From Octopus vulgaris (lineage: Eukaryota), in NCBI GenBank assembly GCA_951406725.2, contig OX597836.1, forward strand, positions 38,378,001 to 38,442,000: DNA of 64,000 nt, in the 5' to 3' direction. Position numbers and translations under genes: made by a program. Below the pieces are notes generated by a model. It ran no database searches and was not told the origin of the DNA. It saw only the letters and a program-made list of their open reading frames with translations. Shown here piece after piece: positions 38,706 to 51,372 of this stretch; the stretch's first letter is position 1, and every line of letters begins with the position of its first letter.

Positions 38706-39706
38706 AACCTGAAACATTGTACTACCACTACTATTCCCTTTATTAAAATACTTTTCTAGAACCAGTTTCTAAATTCAAGAATTGTTCATAAGCAAAAGCA
38801 GTCTATCCTTAAAGGTATTTCTTTTGGTTTTTTTCCTGTTTTTTTTTTATCAACTATTCAGCAGAGAGTGATGTGACATTGTGGAACTAAATTCCTGGTA
38901 TCAGAGCATAAAACCAATAACATGTTACCAAAAATCAATTCTAAGTTTATTCATAGAAATATTTTAAGCCCAGTACTGCAAAGTGTTATATTAACCCTTA
39001 GGCATAGTTTTGTTGAGATCTTGCCAAATAAATACACACACACACACACACAGTGAATATATTCTCATGCATCGAATTTATAAAGTTAGATATATTTGGG
39101 AATGTGTGAAAAAAATTTCTATTACAATTTAATCTCTATTAATAAGAAACTTTCAGGTTGTAATTGTATTCAGATAGTGCCTATTATCAAGAGACTTACC
39201 TCAGCCATTCATCACAAGAAAGCTTTTTTTTAGATATACTACAGCTATTTTAACAACAATAACTGTCAATATGTGTGTGTGTGTGTGTGTGTGTGTGTAC
39301 ATGTATTTATGAGTGATGGCAATTTATTTCTCATAATTTCATTGAAAGAATTATTTGGAGAAACAGAATTTGCAATATATTTTGAACAGTTTCATTATAT
39401 ATGCTCAAAGGAGGGGGCAATGTCTACTTGTATATTTTTTTGCAAGTCTCCTATAGCTAGGGGAGATTGTCACAGTTGCTTTTTCAAATGTACGAAAATA
39501 CAGCTAGAGAGGAAGCTTCAGGGGATTGTAGCTCTGAGCATAAAGAGTTGTACCATGTTATTATCTTAGGACTTCCGTTTGACAGATGAGGACTGGGTAC
39601 ATTCTGCTTGTTTGATGGAGATGTGAAAATTACTGTAGGGATAGAAAGAGATGGAGGATATCTCATGTCTGTATGCAATGCTGGGTTACCCATTTAAGCA
39701 AAATCA

Positions 39707-40133
39707 GCACAGGAGTGGCTGTGTGGTAAGTAGCTTGCTTACGAACCACATGGTTCTGGGTTCAGTCCCACTGCGTGGCACCTTGAGCAAGTATCTTCTA
39801 CTATAGCCCCGGGCCGACCAAAGCCTTGTGAGTGGATTTGGTAGACGGAAACTGAAAGAAGCTAGTCATATATATGTATATATATATATATATGTGTGTG
39901 TGTACGTGTTTGTGTGTGTGTACGTGTTTGTGTGTCTGTGATTGTCCCTCCAACATCGCTTGACAACTGATGCTGGTGTGTTTACATCCCCGTAACTTAG
40001 TGGTTCAGCAAAAAAGATTGATAGAATAAGTACTAGGCTTACAAAGAATAAGTCCTGGGGTCGATTTGCTCGACTAAAGGCGGTGCTGCAGCATGGCCAC
40101 AGTCAAATGACTGAAACAAGTAAAAGAGTAAAA
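39707..40133 (+). mobile_element. SINE family A, full length
   Basis: Similarity to other copies. Confidence 0.9.
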
Positions 40134-41439
40134 GACATGCTTAGGGCTTCAAGGGAAGTGGGCAGCATGGAAATGGTAAATGGTCTACAGCACAAAAGAA
40201 ATCACTTCAAACTTGCTTAAATAGTGCTTGAAGTGGTTTATAAGAGTGGAAATACAATTTAAAAGTGTTCATGGTGTCATAATGAGGATCTGATCAAAAG
40301 ACTTTGTAATTAAAAGAATAGGAGAAAATTTTCAAAATATAAATAAAATGGAAGTATACAAAAATAAAAAAAAATATTTTATGGTTTATTTTTATTGTTA
40401 ATATTTTGAATTACATAGATATGAGGTCACCAAAATCTTAAGCGTTTAAGACGTATATAAGTCTTAATCTAACCCTGTATACTTGTGGTTGGCGTGTGTT
40501 AGCAAATGAAGGTTTGCTAATATATAAGGCCTTTGTTTTAAATGTACTCTGTACTGGCTGATTAATCCAAGAAATGTAAGCAGTAGGGTATAAATTGTAC
40601 CTTGAACTAAATAGTTGTTCAGAATGTAACTGATGTAGCTTCTGGCCTTAAAGAGCCTTTGATATGAAATGGTAACAATGTTATGGATTTGGTTGTCTCT
40701 GTGAGGAGAGTAAGATCTGAGATTAGGAAGATGGTAAGCTATAGCTTTATGTTCTTCATGTACAAGAAGTGTTTAGTGTAAGGTTGTAGGGATTGTGAAA
40801 GAGATTAAGTTAAAGGGTGTTTTCAAAATCCCTTCATACAAATGGTGCATGCCTGGGATAAGAATGACTCCTGTGTGAGAAGTTAAGGAATAAAAGATGG
40901 ATGTGGATGTGTGTGTGTGTGTGTTGTCAAGGCGGTGCTCCAGCGTGGGCACGGTGTAATGACTGAAACAAAATCTAAACAGAAACATACATATATTTTC
41001 TTTTATTCTTTGATGTGTTTCAGTCATTTGACTGTGGCCATGCTGGAGCACTGCCTTATAGTCGTGCAAATCGACCCCAGGACTTATTCTTTGTAAGCTT
41101 AGTACTTATTCTATCAGGTCTCTTTTGCCGAACCGCTGTGACAATCATTAATATGATACAGAGGGACAAGTGGGGGAGATGTAACACAACATGGATTTAT
41201 AGAGCAGTTGATGGAATGTACGATGAGGAGGATCAACTGAAACAGACAGTGATAAAACAGTTTGATGGGAAAGTTCCAGTTTATGAAATAGATGGTGCCA
41301 TCAGAAATTGCTGTAGCTTGGGATCAGATCAGCTCTGATCTATCTGATCTATGGTCAAAGGCATTGTAGTTTAACCAGCCTGTACTTTATTTAGGCACAG
41401 TGTATACAGAATTTCGTTATTCAATGAAACTCTTTTTTA

Positions 41440-41825
41440 AAAACGTACTAAAGCACCATTTGAGTGTGATCGTTCCCAGCCTCGCATTACTGGCACTTGT
41501 GCCACCACCGGTGGCACATGAAAAAGCATTTGAGCGAGGTCGTTGCCAGTGCTGCTGGACTGGATCCTGTGCAGGTGGCATTTAAAAAACACCATTTGAG
41601 GATCGCCGTTGCCAGTACCACCTGACTGACCCTCATGCCGGTGGCACATAAAAGCACCCACAACACTCTCAGAGTGGTTGGCATTAGGAAGAGCATCCAG
41701 CTGTAGAAACTCTACCAGATCAAGATTGGAGCCTGGTGAAGCCATCTGGTTTGCCAGTCCCCAGTCAAACCATTCAACTCATGCTAGCATGGAAAGCAGA
41801 TGTTAAATGATGATGATGATGATGT
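41440..41825 (+). mobile_element. Short repeat family D with internal GGTGGCAC..AAAAGCACC repeats
   Basis: Ends GTTAAATGATGATGATG. Confidence 0.8.
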
Positions 41826-43330
41826 ACTATACAGTATGGTTTGGGAAAATCTGGTTGTTATTTTTAGCAAGTTGAATGACTATGTAGAAGCGTCCTTGTT
41901 GAGTCATGGAGATATAGGTAGATAACTTAGACTGGGGGTTCACATGTCAGAAACAGCTGAAGCTTTGATAATATAAAGGACAACAACACTTATTTACAAC
42001 AAGAGAACCCTGGTTGTGTAAAGCAGAATGTCAGATTTTCAATAGAATTGGTTCTATGGAAACTAGTCAAAGGTAAGGTGAAGTATCTCAAGGATATAAA
42101 AGAGGTAGTTGTTAACATCTATTTACATCTATTTCCTTTGTTTATAAGACGAAGTAAATGTGATAGGTTGGCAGCTGGTAAAAGATGAGAACCAAGTAGC
42201 CAAATGGCTAGGAAAATGTTTCCATAAATTGTATACCAAATAAAGCAGGAAACATTGTAGACTGAATCTGACATTTAAAAATGCATAATTGATCATAGAC
42301 ACGAGTATGTGATCAAACTGAAATAATCAAAATGTGTATTTGGTGTAGCTTTAAAAATAAATTCACGCAGACACACACACACAAAACAAACAAACGCAAA
42401 CACACACTGAGGTCAGAAATTTATTTTTGAAAACATGACAGGAAAATTTCAATTTATGCTATGTAATAACTATTGCGGTTATTTTCTTTCCATAACATCA
42501 AATTAGTTGACTTAATAATCTTGGTGTTTTAATCTCGATAAAACACAAGTAATTATTTCATTTAAATAAAAGGGTAATAGCAACAAACTTGGATAATGAT
42601 TTTAAAATATCACATAATAAATTATATTATTGTGATAATAGATGTGTGTGTGCATGTGTGATGTGTCTGATAATGAATCTAGTCTCAAATGGGTGTTATA
42701 TTCAGTCAGTCAGTTGACCTTCACTTGAAATAGACTCAATTAACTAGAAACAATTTCTGATTGATTCTCCAGAAAACAAAAGATATGAAATTCCAAACAA
42801 AAAAGGAAGTAAAAAAGGAAAAAACAAAACAAACTGAAACATGAAAATTGAAACAAAAAATATTGATGATGTAATAATACTAAACCCTAAAAGACTATTA
42901 GTGATTATATTAAACTGGACAAGGCTGAAAATAGCTCCTCCCACCAACCAAAAAAAAAACAAAAAAACCATTTAAGAAATTCTGTAGACAAATAATAGTC
43001 GGAAATTTCATGGAGAAATTATCTCCAAGAATAGTAGCAGAAAATTGGCAAGGAATGGACATGCAATTTGTCTAATTCCCAGTGAAGGATTATTTACATC
43101 TCTTAAAGTATTGGAATTATCTAGAAAATGATCAGATAGTTTTGGCATAAGATGTAATTTCTGGTTATTGAAGCTATGAAGAAAATTTGATAATCTCTTT
43201 ATGTTCACAGTAAATAACATCCAGTATTTATAGTAAATAAGGGGAAAATATTAAAGTCCAACGAGGAAATATTTCATGTTTCATAATCGAGTAATATAAC
43301 TGTCATTCTATCTATCAAGTCTCAGAAGAA

Positions 43331-43750
43331 GGATCTTTTCGGTTTGAACGGCAGTTTTTTCTAGCGGTGTCATATGAAATTGTCACCCATAATTATGACC
43401 CTAGTATCGATCTATTGCATTTCAATCTGTTTTAGGGTTAGGGTTAGTTAGGTTTAGGGGTGAGGGGAAGGGTATCTTTTTTTCTTCAGAAATGTAAATA
43501 AACCCAATCTGTTTCTTAAACGAGGGACATATTCATATGGCACAGAATGTTTTTTACCTCAATAAACGTCATTGATTGGTTGAAATTGCAGAAATTGAAG
43601 AAAAAAACAACAACAAATGTCTTACAAACTATAGAATTTTCTCAATAAAGCCAAGAGAAAAAGATGTTTTATAAACACATTCTACCAGTATAAACACATT
43701 CTACCAGTGGAAATTATTTTTAAAAACTGCTGTTCAAACCGAAAAGATCC
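43331..43750. mobile_element. MITE with 29-bp TIRs and 8-bp TSD; contains TTAGGG-like repeats
   Basis: GGATCTTTTCGGTTTGAACGGCAGTTTTT / AAAAACTGCTGTTCAAACCGAAAAGATCC. Flanks CAGAAGAA (43323-43330) and CAGTAGAA (43751-43758). Confidence 0.85.
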
Positions 43751-44429
43751 CAGTAGAAATACAAATATCTATCCATCTATCCATTTATGTTCACTATTTG
43801 TGGGAGGGCCATACAGGTAGGGTCCTCTGACACTCCTTCCACAGATTCTAACCAGAAGCAGTTGTCATACTTCTTAATTTTCAGGCAGCCCCATCTGAGA
43901 CCACCTCATCCTTGGTCTACCCCTACATCTCCTGTTAGCGGGCTGGTTCAGCTTGACAAATCTGTGAGGCATTTTTCCTCGTGCCCTAATGATTGTGCCC
44001 ATGCCTCAATCTAAAAAATTGTATCCAACATAGAGACAAGGTTTGAAATTTAGAGGTGGGGGTGACAACGAAAATGAAGGGGATGGAGAGGAAGAGAATT
44101 GGCAAATAGTTGCTCCACCCCCTTAAAGGAACGAAAAGAAGAAGACAAAAAAATGCCCCCACTATAATAGAGAAGACTGGTAGGTTTGAACACACAGAGA
44201 TGGATAACAGTAGTAGCAACAATAACACACCACCCCTAACAACAGTTCCACTGACGCAGCCGACGATGACAACATCACCATCACTGTCTCTGCAACAATC
44301 TCCAACACTATTTAATTTATACATGCAACAGTTAAACTACACCTCATGAAACAAACAAAACCCAGAAATTATAAACTTGACTGCCATAAACACAGAAAAC
44401 AAGACATTGACGCAAGACATTCAACATTA

Positions 44430-44895
44430 CTGAATGACTAAGTTATGGGGTCATGAGCACACCAAGATCAGTTGTCAAGTGGTGGTGGTGGTGGGGGGGG
44501 GACAAACATAAATATATTTCTTTACTGCCCACAAGGGGCTAAACATAGAGGGGATAAACAAGGACAGACAAATGGATTAAGTCGATTATATCGACCCCAG
44601 TGCGTAACTGGTACTTAATTTATCGACCCTGAAAGGATGAAAGGCAAAGTCGATCTCGGCAGAATTTGAACTCAGAACGTAACGACAGACGAAATACTGC
44701 TAAGCATTTCACCCGGCGTGTTAACGTTTCTACTAGCTCGAGACACACATACATATGGTGGGCTTGTTTCCATTTCTGTCAACCAAATCCATTAACAAGG
44801 CTTTGGTTGGCTCAACGCTACAGTAGAAGACATTTGCCCAAGGTGCCATGCAGTAGAACTGAACCCAGAACCATGTGGTTGGGAAGCAAGCTCAA
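44430..44895 (-). mobile_element. SINE family A with a nested family B copy (~44514-44740)
   Basis: The B element sits at the central microsatellite of A. Confidence 0.8.
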
Positions 44896-45604
44896 GGTCA
44901 CTCCAATCCATTAATGTCGATATTGTCTCTGAAAGAAGCATGAAGGTCATTGAATCCTATTCTTACAGCTTATAAATTAATTTGTGACTTTGAGTTAAGA
45001 GCAGAGATCAATATCTAGCATTTATTAATTAGCAGAGTTTTACAGCCAGAACTCATCCTTACTATTCAGATATGGATTTTGTCATCTATTAATATAGCTG
45101 ATTTAAATGCACAACTACATAATTAGTTGGTCCTAATTAAACCAAAAGTAATTTGTCGCATAATAATATCAAAGATTAGCATTTGTCCATCTATTACATC
45201 AGTGATGGTCTGTTTCGGCAGCAATATTTCAATATCAACGACCATGAACATTCACCTTACTCTCACAAATGGTTAATAAGTAAATCTTACTATTAACTAT
45301 TTACCTAATTACAAAATAGTTTTTAACCAAAAATATTGTGCCTGCCTGCTAGACATAAGTGTTAAAACACCAATAATAACAGTATTCTGGTGAATGGTTT
45401 GCAAAAATCTTTCACATACCTATATAGCAGAATGCTATATATATCTTGGTATTAGTATATATGTGAACTGCTTTCTGGTTTGATATAAATCTTACCTTCA
45501 TCAGCACATGCCAATCATCTGAAAAATCTTTCCAGCCCACTATATTGAAATCTGCGGTCCCCACTAAACTGTTTTACGCCAAATCAGGGCAGCCTCAGTG
45601 TGAA

Positions 45605-45605
45605 A

Positions 45606-45669
<64 letters not shown>

Positions 45670-45880
45670 TGTATTTGTGTGCTTGTGTCGATATATATAT
45701 GTATATATATATATGTATGTATAGACACTTCTTTCAGTTTCCGTCTACCAAATCCACTCACAAGATTTTGGTCAGCCTGAGGCTATAGTGGAAGACACTT
45801 GCCCAAGGTGCCACACAGTGAGACTGAACCTGGAACCATGTGGTCGGGAAGCAAGCTTCTTACCACATAGCCACACCTGT
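45605..45880 (-). mobile_element. SINE family A head ending in microsatellite
   Basis: Head module plus (TA)n/(GA)n; GTGTGA on both sides. Confidence 0.8.
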
Positions 45881-46346
45881 GTGATTACAAATTTATCCAT
45901 TGATTTACCTGTTTACAAGACAAAAGAGAAAAAAAAAAAAGTTTAAGTAATATTTCCCAGATTCCGAAACCAATTTCCCAAACTTCCACCATCCCACCGT
46001 TTCTTTCTCCTCCTCTCTAACACATTAACTATTAGTCCGAGATTTCTGCTATTAAGTGATAAATTAGTAACTGAACACTATCAATGTTTTATAGCGCTTA
46101 TCACATTCTATTACAAAGACAGATATTATACTACTTGTCCGATGTGCCATGCAGCTTTATACTGATAAATATTTAACTATGTTAGACATGTATCAACATT
46201 ATGTTAGCAATCAGTACTATCACTAACAATCTTTTTCATCATTAAACCACTGGAATTACAAACTTCTCTTTGATCATATACATATGGGTATGCACATGTG
46301 TGTATATGTGTGTGTGTATGCGTGTGCATGTATATATATATATATG

Positions 46347-46735
46347 CACAGGCATGGGTGTGTGATAAGAAGCTTGTTTTCCAACTAGATGGTTCTGGTT
46401 TCAGCCTCATGAGTGGCACTTTGGACAAGTGTCTTCTACTATAGCCTTGCTAAGTTATGAGGACGTAAACACACCAACACAAGTTGTGAAGTGATGATGG
46501 GGTGGGGAACAAACACACACATAAATACACACACACACATGTGTGTATGTGTATGTGTATATATATATATATATCATACATACAATGGGCTTCTTTCAGT
46601 TTCCGTCTACCAAATCCACTCACAAGGCTTTGATCAGCCCAAGGCTAGAGTAGAAGATGCTTGCCACACAGTGGAACTGAAACCAGAACCGTATGGTTAG
46701 GAAGCAAGCTTCTTACCACACAGCCACCCCGGTGC
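46347..46735. mobile_element. Chimera of oppositely oriented family A pieces
   Basis: A plus-strand head (46347-46448) is fused directly to a minus-strand copy (46449-46735). Confidence 0.75.
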
Positions 46736-46805
46736 CTCACTACAAATATATATAAACAAGTGTGTGTTTTATGTGCATACATACACACATCATAAGCATA
46801 TATCC

Positions 46806-47037
46806 GTTTCTTTATTACCCACAAGGGGCTAAACACAGAGGGGACAAACAAGGACAGACAAACGGATTAAGTTGATTACATCGACCCCAGTGCGTAACTG
46901 GTACTTAATTTATCGACCCCAAAAGGATGAAAGGCAAGGTTGACCTCAGCGGAATTTGAACACAGAACGTAACGGTAGACGAAATACGGCTACGCATTTC
47001 GCCCGGCTTCCTAACGGTTCTGCCAGCTCGCCGCCTT
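46806..47037 (-). mobile_element. SINE family B, full length
   Basis: Very similar to 10893-11112. Confidence 0.9.
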
Positions 47038-47698
47038 GCCATATATCATCAAGCATAAACATAGGCTTGGCTGCGTGGTTAAAATGCTTGCTTCACAACC
47101 ACATGTCTCTGAGTTCCATCCTGAAACACGACCATTAAAAACCCTGTTATGCTTCTTGAACATCAGCGTGAAGAAAAAAAAAAAGTCTCGACCCTTTTAG
47201 AAGATCAAATAAATCACAGCAACTAATCACTGGACCAGAAGTAAGCAAATAAATTAGCAACGACTACACAAGACCAAACAATTATAAACATCTGACTCAT
47301 TCATTTACATTGATAATTTGAACAGAATGATTGAGAACTCCACCCACATTTAGCTATTCCCGTGTTGGTAAGTGCTGTCTAGCTGATGTAGTCAAACAGC
47401 TTAGCTACTTATAGTGAACCAGTTGTCAATGAGTTTAACACTGGACAGAAATAACGGGAATTTTCACTTAGAATACATTAGAAGGAAGGCAAGGTTTTGT
47501 CAAATACACTAAATGGTTCATATAAAGAGAACGGAGAAGAAAGAAATCAAAACAAAATATAGAGTGAGACAATGGTGTGATAAGAGGTTTGAATCAATAA
47601 TTATTTGCTGTTGAAAGACTTATACTTAGATGAGGAATCATGAATATAATTTACTTCTGTGTATTTTTGTAAGGCCTTAAAATGTATGTCATGGAGAA

Positions 47699-47751
<53 letters not shown>

Positions 47752-47794
47752 TAAGAGAAGGGGGTGGGGGAAGGGACAGAGTGGAGAGGAAATG

Positions 47795-48090
47795 AGGAAA
47801 GAAGGAAAGAAGAAAAGAGATGATGATGATGAAGAAGAATAATGACGACAGTGAAAAATGATGATGATGACGAAGAAAGATGAAGAAGAAGAATGATGAC
47901 AATGAAAAATGATGATGATGATGATGACGATGAAGAAGAATGAAGAAAATGATGATGAAGATAAAGAAGAATGATGATGATGAAGATAAAGAAGAAGAAG
48001 AAGATGAAGAATGATGATGATGAAGATAAAGAAGAAGAAGAAGAAGAAGAATGAAGAATGAGGAGGAAGGAAAATGATGATGGTGATGAA
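47795..48090. repeat. (GAT/GAA)n compound trinucleotide tract
   Basis: Direct reading; includes duplicated sub-blocks. Confidence 0.9.
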
Positions 48091-48392
48091 AGCCAAGATA
48101 AGTACCAAAAAAATATATATATATATCAGTACCAATAATTTGTAAAGAGAAGCCTGTTTGATCTAGAGTAGATTATAGGTTATATATTAGGTCTCTGTTA
48201 ACACTGTGTTTAAGTAGTCGTTAGGTGTTTATTTTTTCTATTCTAGCCAGTGTGTATATTGCTAAATGATATTCCTTTATGATTCAATGTTAGAATGCAT
48301 GTTTCTGTTCATTTCATTATATTAACTGTTTCAATCAATATAAAGCTTCGAATTGTGTCACAATATTGATTACTATAAAAATTCTCAACTAC

Positions 48393-48576
48393 AATAATAA
48401 TAATAATAATAATAATAATGATGATGATGATGATAATGATGATAATAATAATAATAATGATAATAATAATAATAATAATGATGATGAGGATAATAATAAT
48501 AATAATAATAATAATGATAATAAGGATAATAATAATAATAATAATAATGATAATAATGATAATAATGATAATAATG

Positions 48577-48616
<40 letters not shown>

Positions 48617-48663
48617 TGATGAGGATAATAATAATAATAATAATAATAATGATAATAATGATA

Positions 48664-48716
<53 letters not shown>

Positions 48717-48774
48717 GATGAGGATAATAATAATAATAATGATAATAATGATAATAATAATAATGATAATAATG

Positions 48775-48808
<34 letters not shown>

Positions 48809-48816
48809 TGATGAGG

Positions 48817-48850
<34 letters not shown>

Positions 48851-48873
48851 TAATAATGATAATAATGATAATA

Positions 48874-48924
<51 letters not shown>

Positions 48925-48930
48925 TAATAA
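48393..48930. repeat. (AAT)n/(GAT) compound trinucleotide array, ~540 bp
   Basis: Direct reading; phase is unbroken. Confidence 0.95.
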
Positions 48931-49099
48931 TTTTGCAACAAATGTCTTCAGTATTTTAGTAGATTTATTGTAAGAAAAGACTATTACAATTGTTTCTTCA
49001 TATAGGTACAATTTCTTACATTTGGGGGAAGTCGATGAGAAGTAGAGACATTAGCATCACCCCCCCCCAAGCATGTGACTAGAATTTATCATTCTATAG

Positions 49100-49845
49100 T
49101 CGTGGTTGTGTGGTTAAGAAGCATGCCTCCTGACCATGTTATCATGGGTTCAGTCCCACCATGCAGCACATTGGACAAGTGTCTTCTGTTATAGTCCAGG
49201 GCTGATCAAAGCCTTGTGAGTGGATTTGGTAGATGGAAATTGAAAGAAGCCTGTTGTATATGTGTGTGAGTGTATTATTATATGAGTATTATATGAGTAT
49301 ATATGAGTATTATATGAGTATTATATGAGTATTATATGAGTATATATGAGTATATATGAGTATTATATGAGTATTATATGAGTATATATGAGTATTATAT
49401 GAGTATATATGAGTATTATATGAGTATTATATGAGTATATATGAGTATTATGTGAGTATTATATGAGTATTATATGAGTTATATGAGTATATATGAGTAT
49501 TATATGAGTATATATGAGTATTATATGAGTATATATGAGTACTATATGAGTGTATTATTATATGAGTATAAGTGAAAATGTCGGTGTGTGTTTTTGTGTA
49601 CTCTTGTCTAGAAACCATGTGATGGTCGCAAATGATGAAGATCCTCATCATCATTCAAGCAAGGGTTGTTTGTAGTCTTCCATGAAAAATATGTCTGGCC
49701 ATGGAGGAATACTACCTTGCTTGGAAACAAGTGAGTGTTGGTGACAGGAAGAGGATCTTATTGTAGAAAACCTGCTTCAGCAAATTCTGTCTGACCTATG
49801 CAAGCACGGAAAAGTGAACATTAGATGGTGGTGATGATAATGATG
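49100..49845 (+). mobile_element. SINE variant (A head, D-like tail) with a 10/11-bp TATATGAGTA(T) minisatellite at 49275-49570
   Basis: The head ends GAAAGAAGCCTGTTG, then the array, then a tail similar to 28120-28310. Confidence 0.75.
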
Positions 49846-50157
49846 AAAGAATGAAAGGCAAAGTTGATCTCAACAGGATTTGAACTCAGAATGTAACAAA
49901 AAAAAAAAAAAAATGGAAAGAAATACCTCAAAGCATATTGATATGCTGCTTTAGTGATTTTGCCAACAAAATGTCCTTCCACACCTGTAGAATAATACTA
50001 ATTTAGGCCACAAAAGCAGTAATTTCAGGGCAGTAGTTATATTTTATTGTATCATTTTTAGAGGATTAAGAGGCAAACTTGACCTTTGCACAACTTGAAC
50101 TCAGAATATGAAGAGCAAGAACAAATACCACAAATCATTCGGTTTTATACGCTATAC

Positions 50158-50835
50158 GTGCAGGTGTAGCAGAATGGTAAGAAGTTTGCTTCCCAACTAT
50201 ATGGTTCCAGGTTCAGTCCCACTGCATGGTACTTTGGGCAAGTGTCTTTTGCTACAGGCCCAAGGTTAAACAAAGCCATGTGATTGGATTTGGTAGACAG
50301 AAACTGAAACACCATTGTGTACATACATCATTATCATCATCATTTAACATCCATCTTCTATGCATGCATGAGTAGGACGGTTCACAGGAGCTGACCAGTT
50401 AGAAAAACTACCCTATGCTACTATGTCTGTTTTGGCAGGGTTTTTACGGTTGGATGCCCTTCCTAAAACCAACCACTCTGCAGAGTGGGCTCTGTGCTTT
50501 TTATATGGCGACTAGCACAGGTGAGGTTAGTTTTGGCATGATTTTTACGGCTGGATGCACTTCCAAATGCCAACCACTTTACAGTGTGGACTAGATTCTT
50601 TTTACGCGGCATATGTGTGTGTGTGTGTGTGTGAGAGAGAGTGAGTTTGTCCCCTACTACTGCTTGCAACCGGTGTTGGTGTATTTATGTTCCTGTAACT
50701 TAGTTCAGCAAAAGTGACTGACAAAATAAGTACCAGGATTAAAAGGAAAAAAAAGTAATGGAATTCAACTAAAAATTCTTCAAGGTGTTGCTCCAGCATG
50801 GCTGCAGTCTAATGACTGAAACAGGTGAAGGGTGA
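50158..50835 (+). mobile_element. SINE family A split by an opposite-strand family D insertion (~50325-50610)
   Basis: A head 50158-50320; D element with (CAT)n end; A tail 50640-50835. Confidence 0.7.
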
Positions 50836-51372
50836 AAGTTTTAAAAAATAACAATTTAGCTACATTGTCCCAATGTCCAATGTGGTGAAGGAATATATTA
50901 GAGAAAACCAATTAACTCAAATCTGACATATTTGATCAATTTCGACTACTCTGCATTTAATTCTATTGTTTTAATTAAATTCATCTCTGGCAAATTCATC
51001 AATTAAACCCAATTACTAGCAGCAAAAGATGGAGAAGGTGGAGGCTGTAAATTAGACACACACAAAAAAAAGAAAGACAAAAACATTTGGCCAGACATTC
51101 TACCCTCTACCTCTATTTCACTTGCTTTGTTTTTGTTGTTGCTTTTTTGGCCAGCACTGATCAAGTAGATCTAGCCATGACCAACCTTCTTTTTTTTTCT
51201 TGTATACCAGTACTATGTGTCAAATATGTCCATTTATAAAATAGTAAGGTATGATCTGAGGGAATCTGGTTACTTTTTCTAGCACACCAAGTGACCTCAT
51301 GCCTACTTTCTTATTGGTTCAACACAGGATGCTTGTCATTGCTGTCTAAAATGACCTGGAGTTTGTTTAAAC

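Noticed and set aside
39194-39250. Minus-strand GAG|GTAAGT donor
   Set aside because: No convincing upstream acceptor or coding frame.
47651-48135. Phe/Ile/Ser-rich ORFs resembling membrane proteins
   Set aside because: They are translations of the GAT/GAA repeat tract.
48309-49011. Four long overlapping ORFs (poly-I, poly-N/D, poly-Y/H, poly-I/M)
   Set aside because: They are by-products of an in-phase (AAT)n array; no splice signals or domain were seen.
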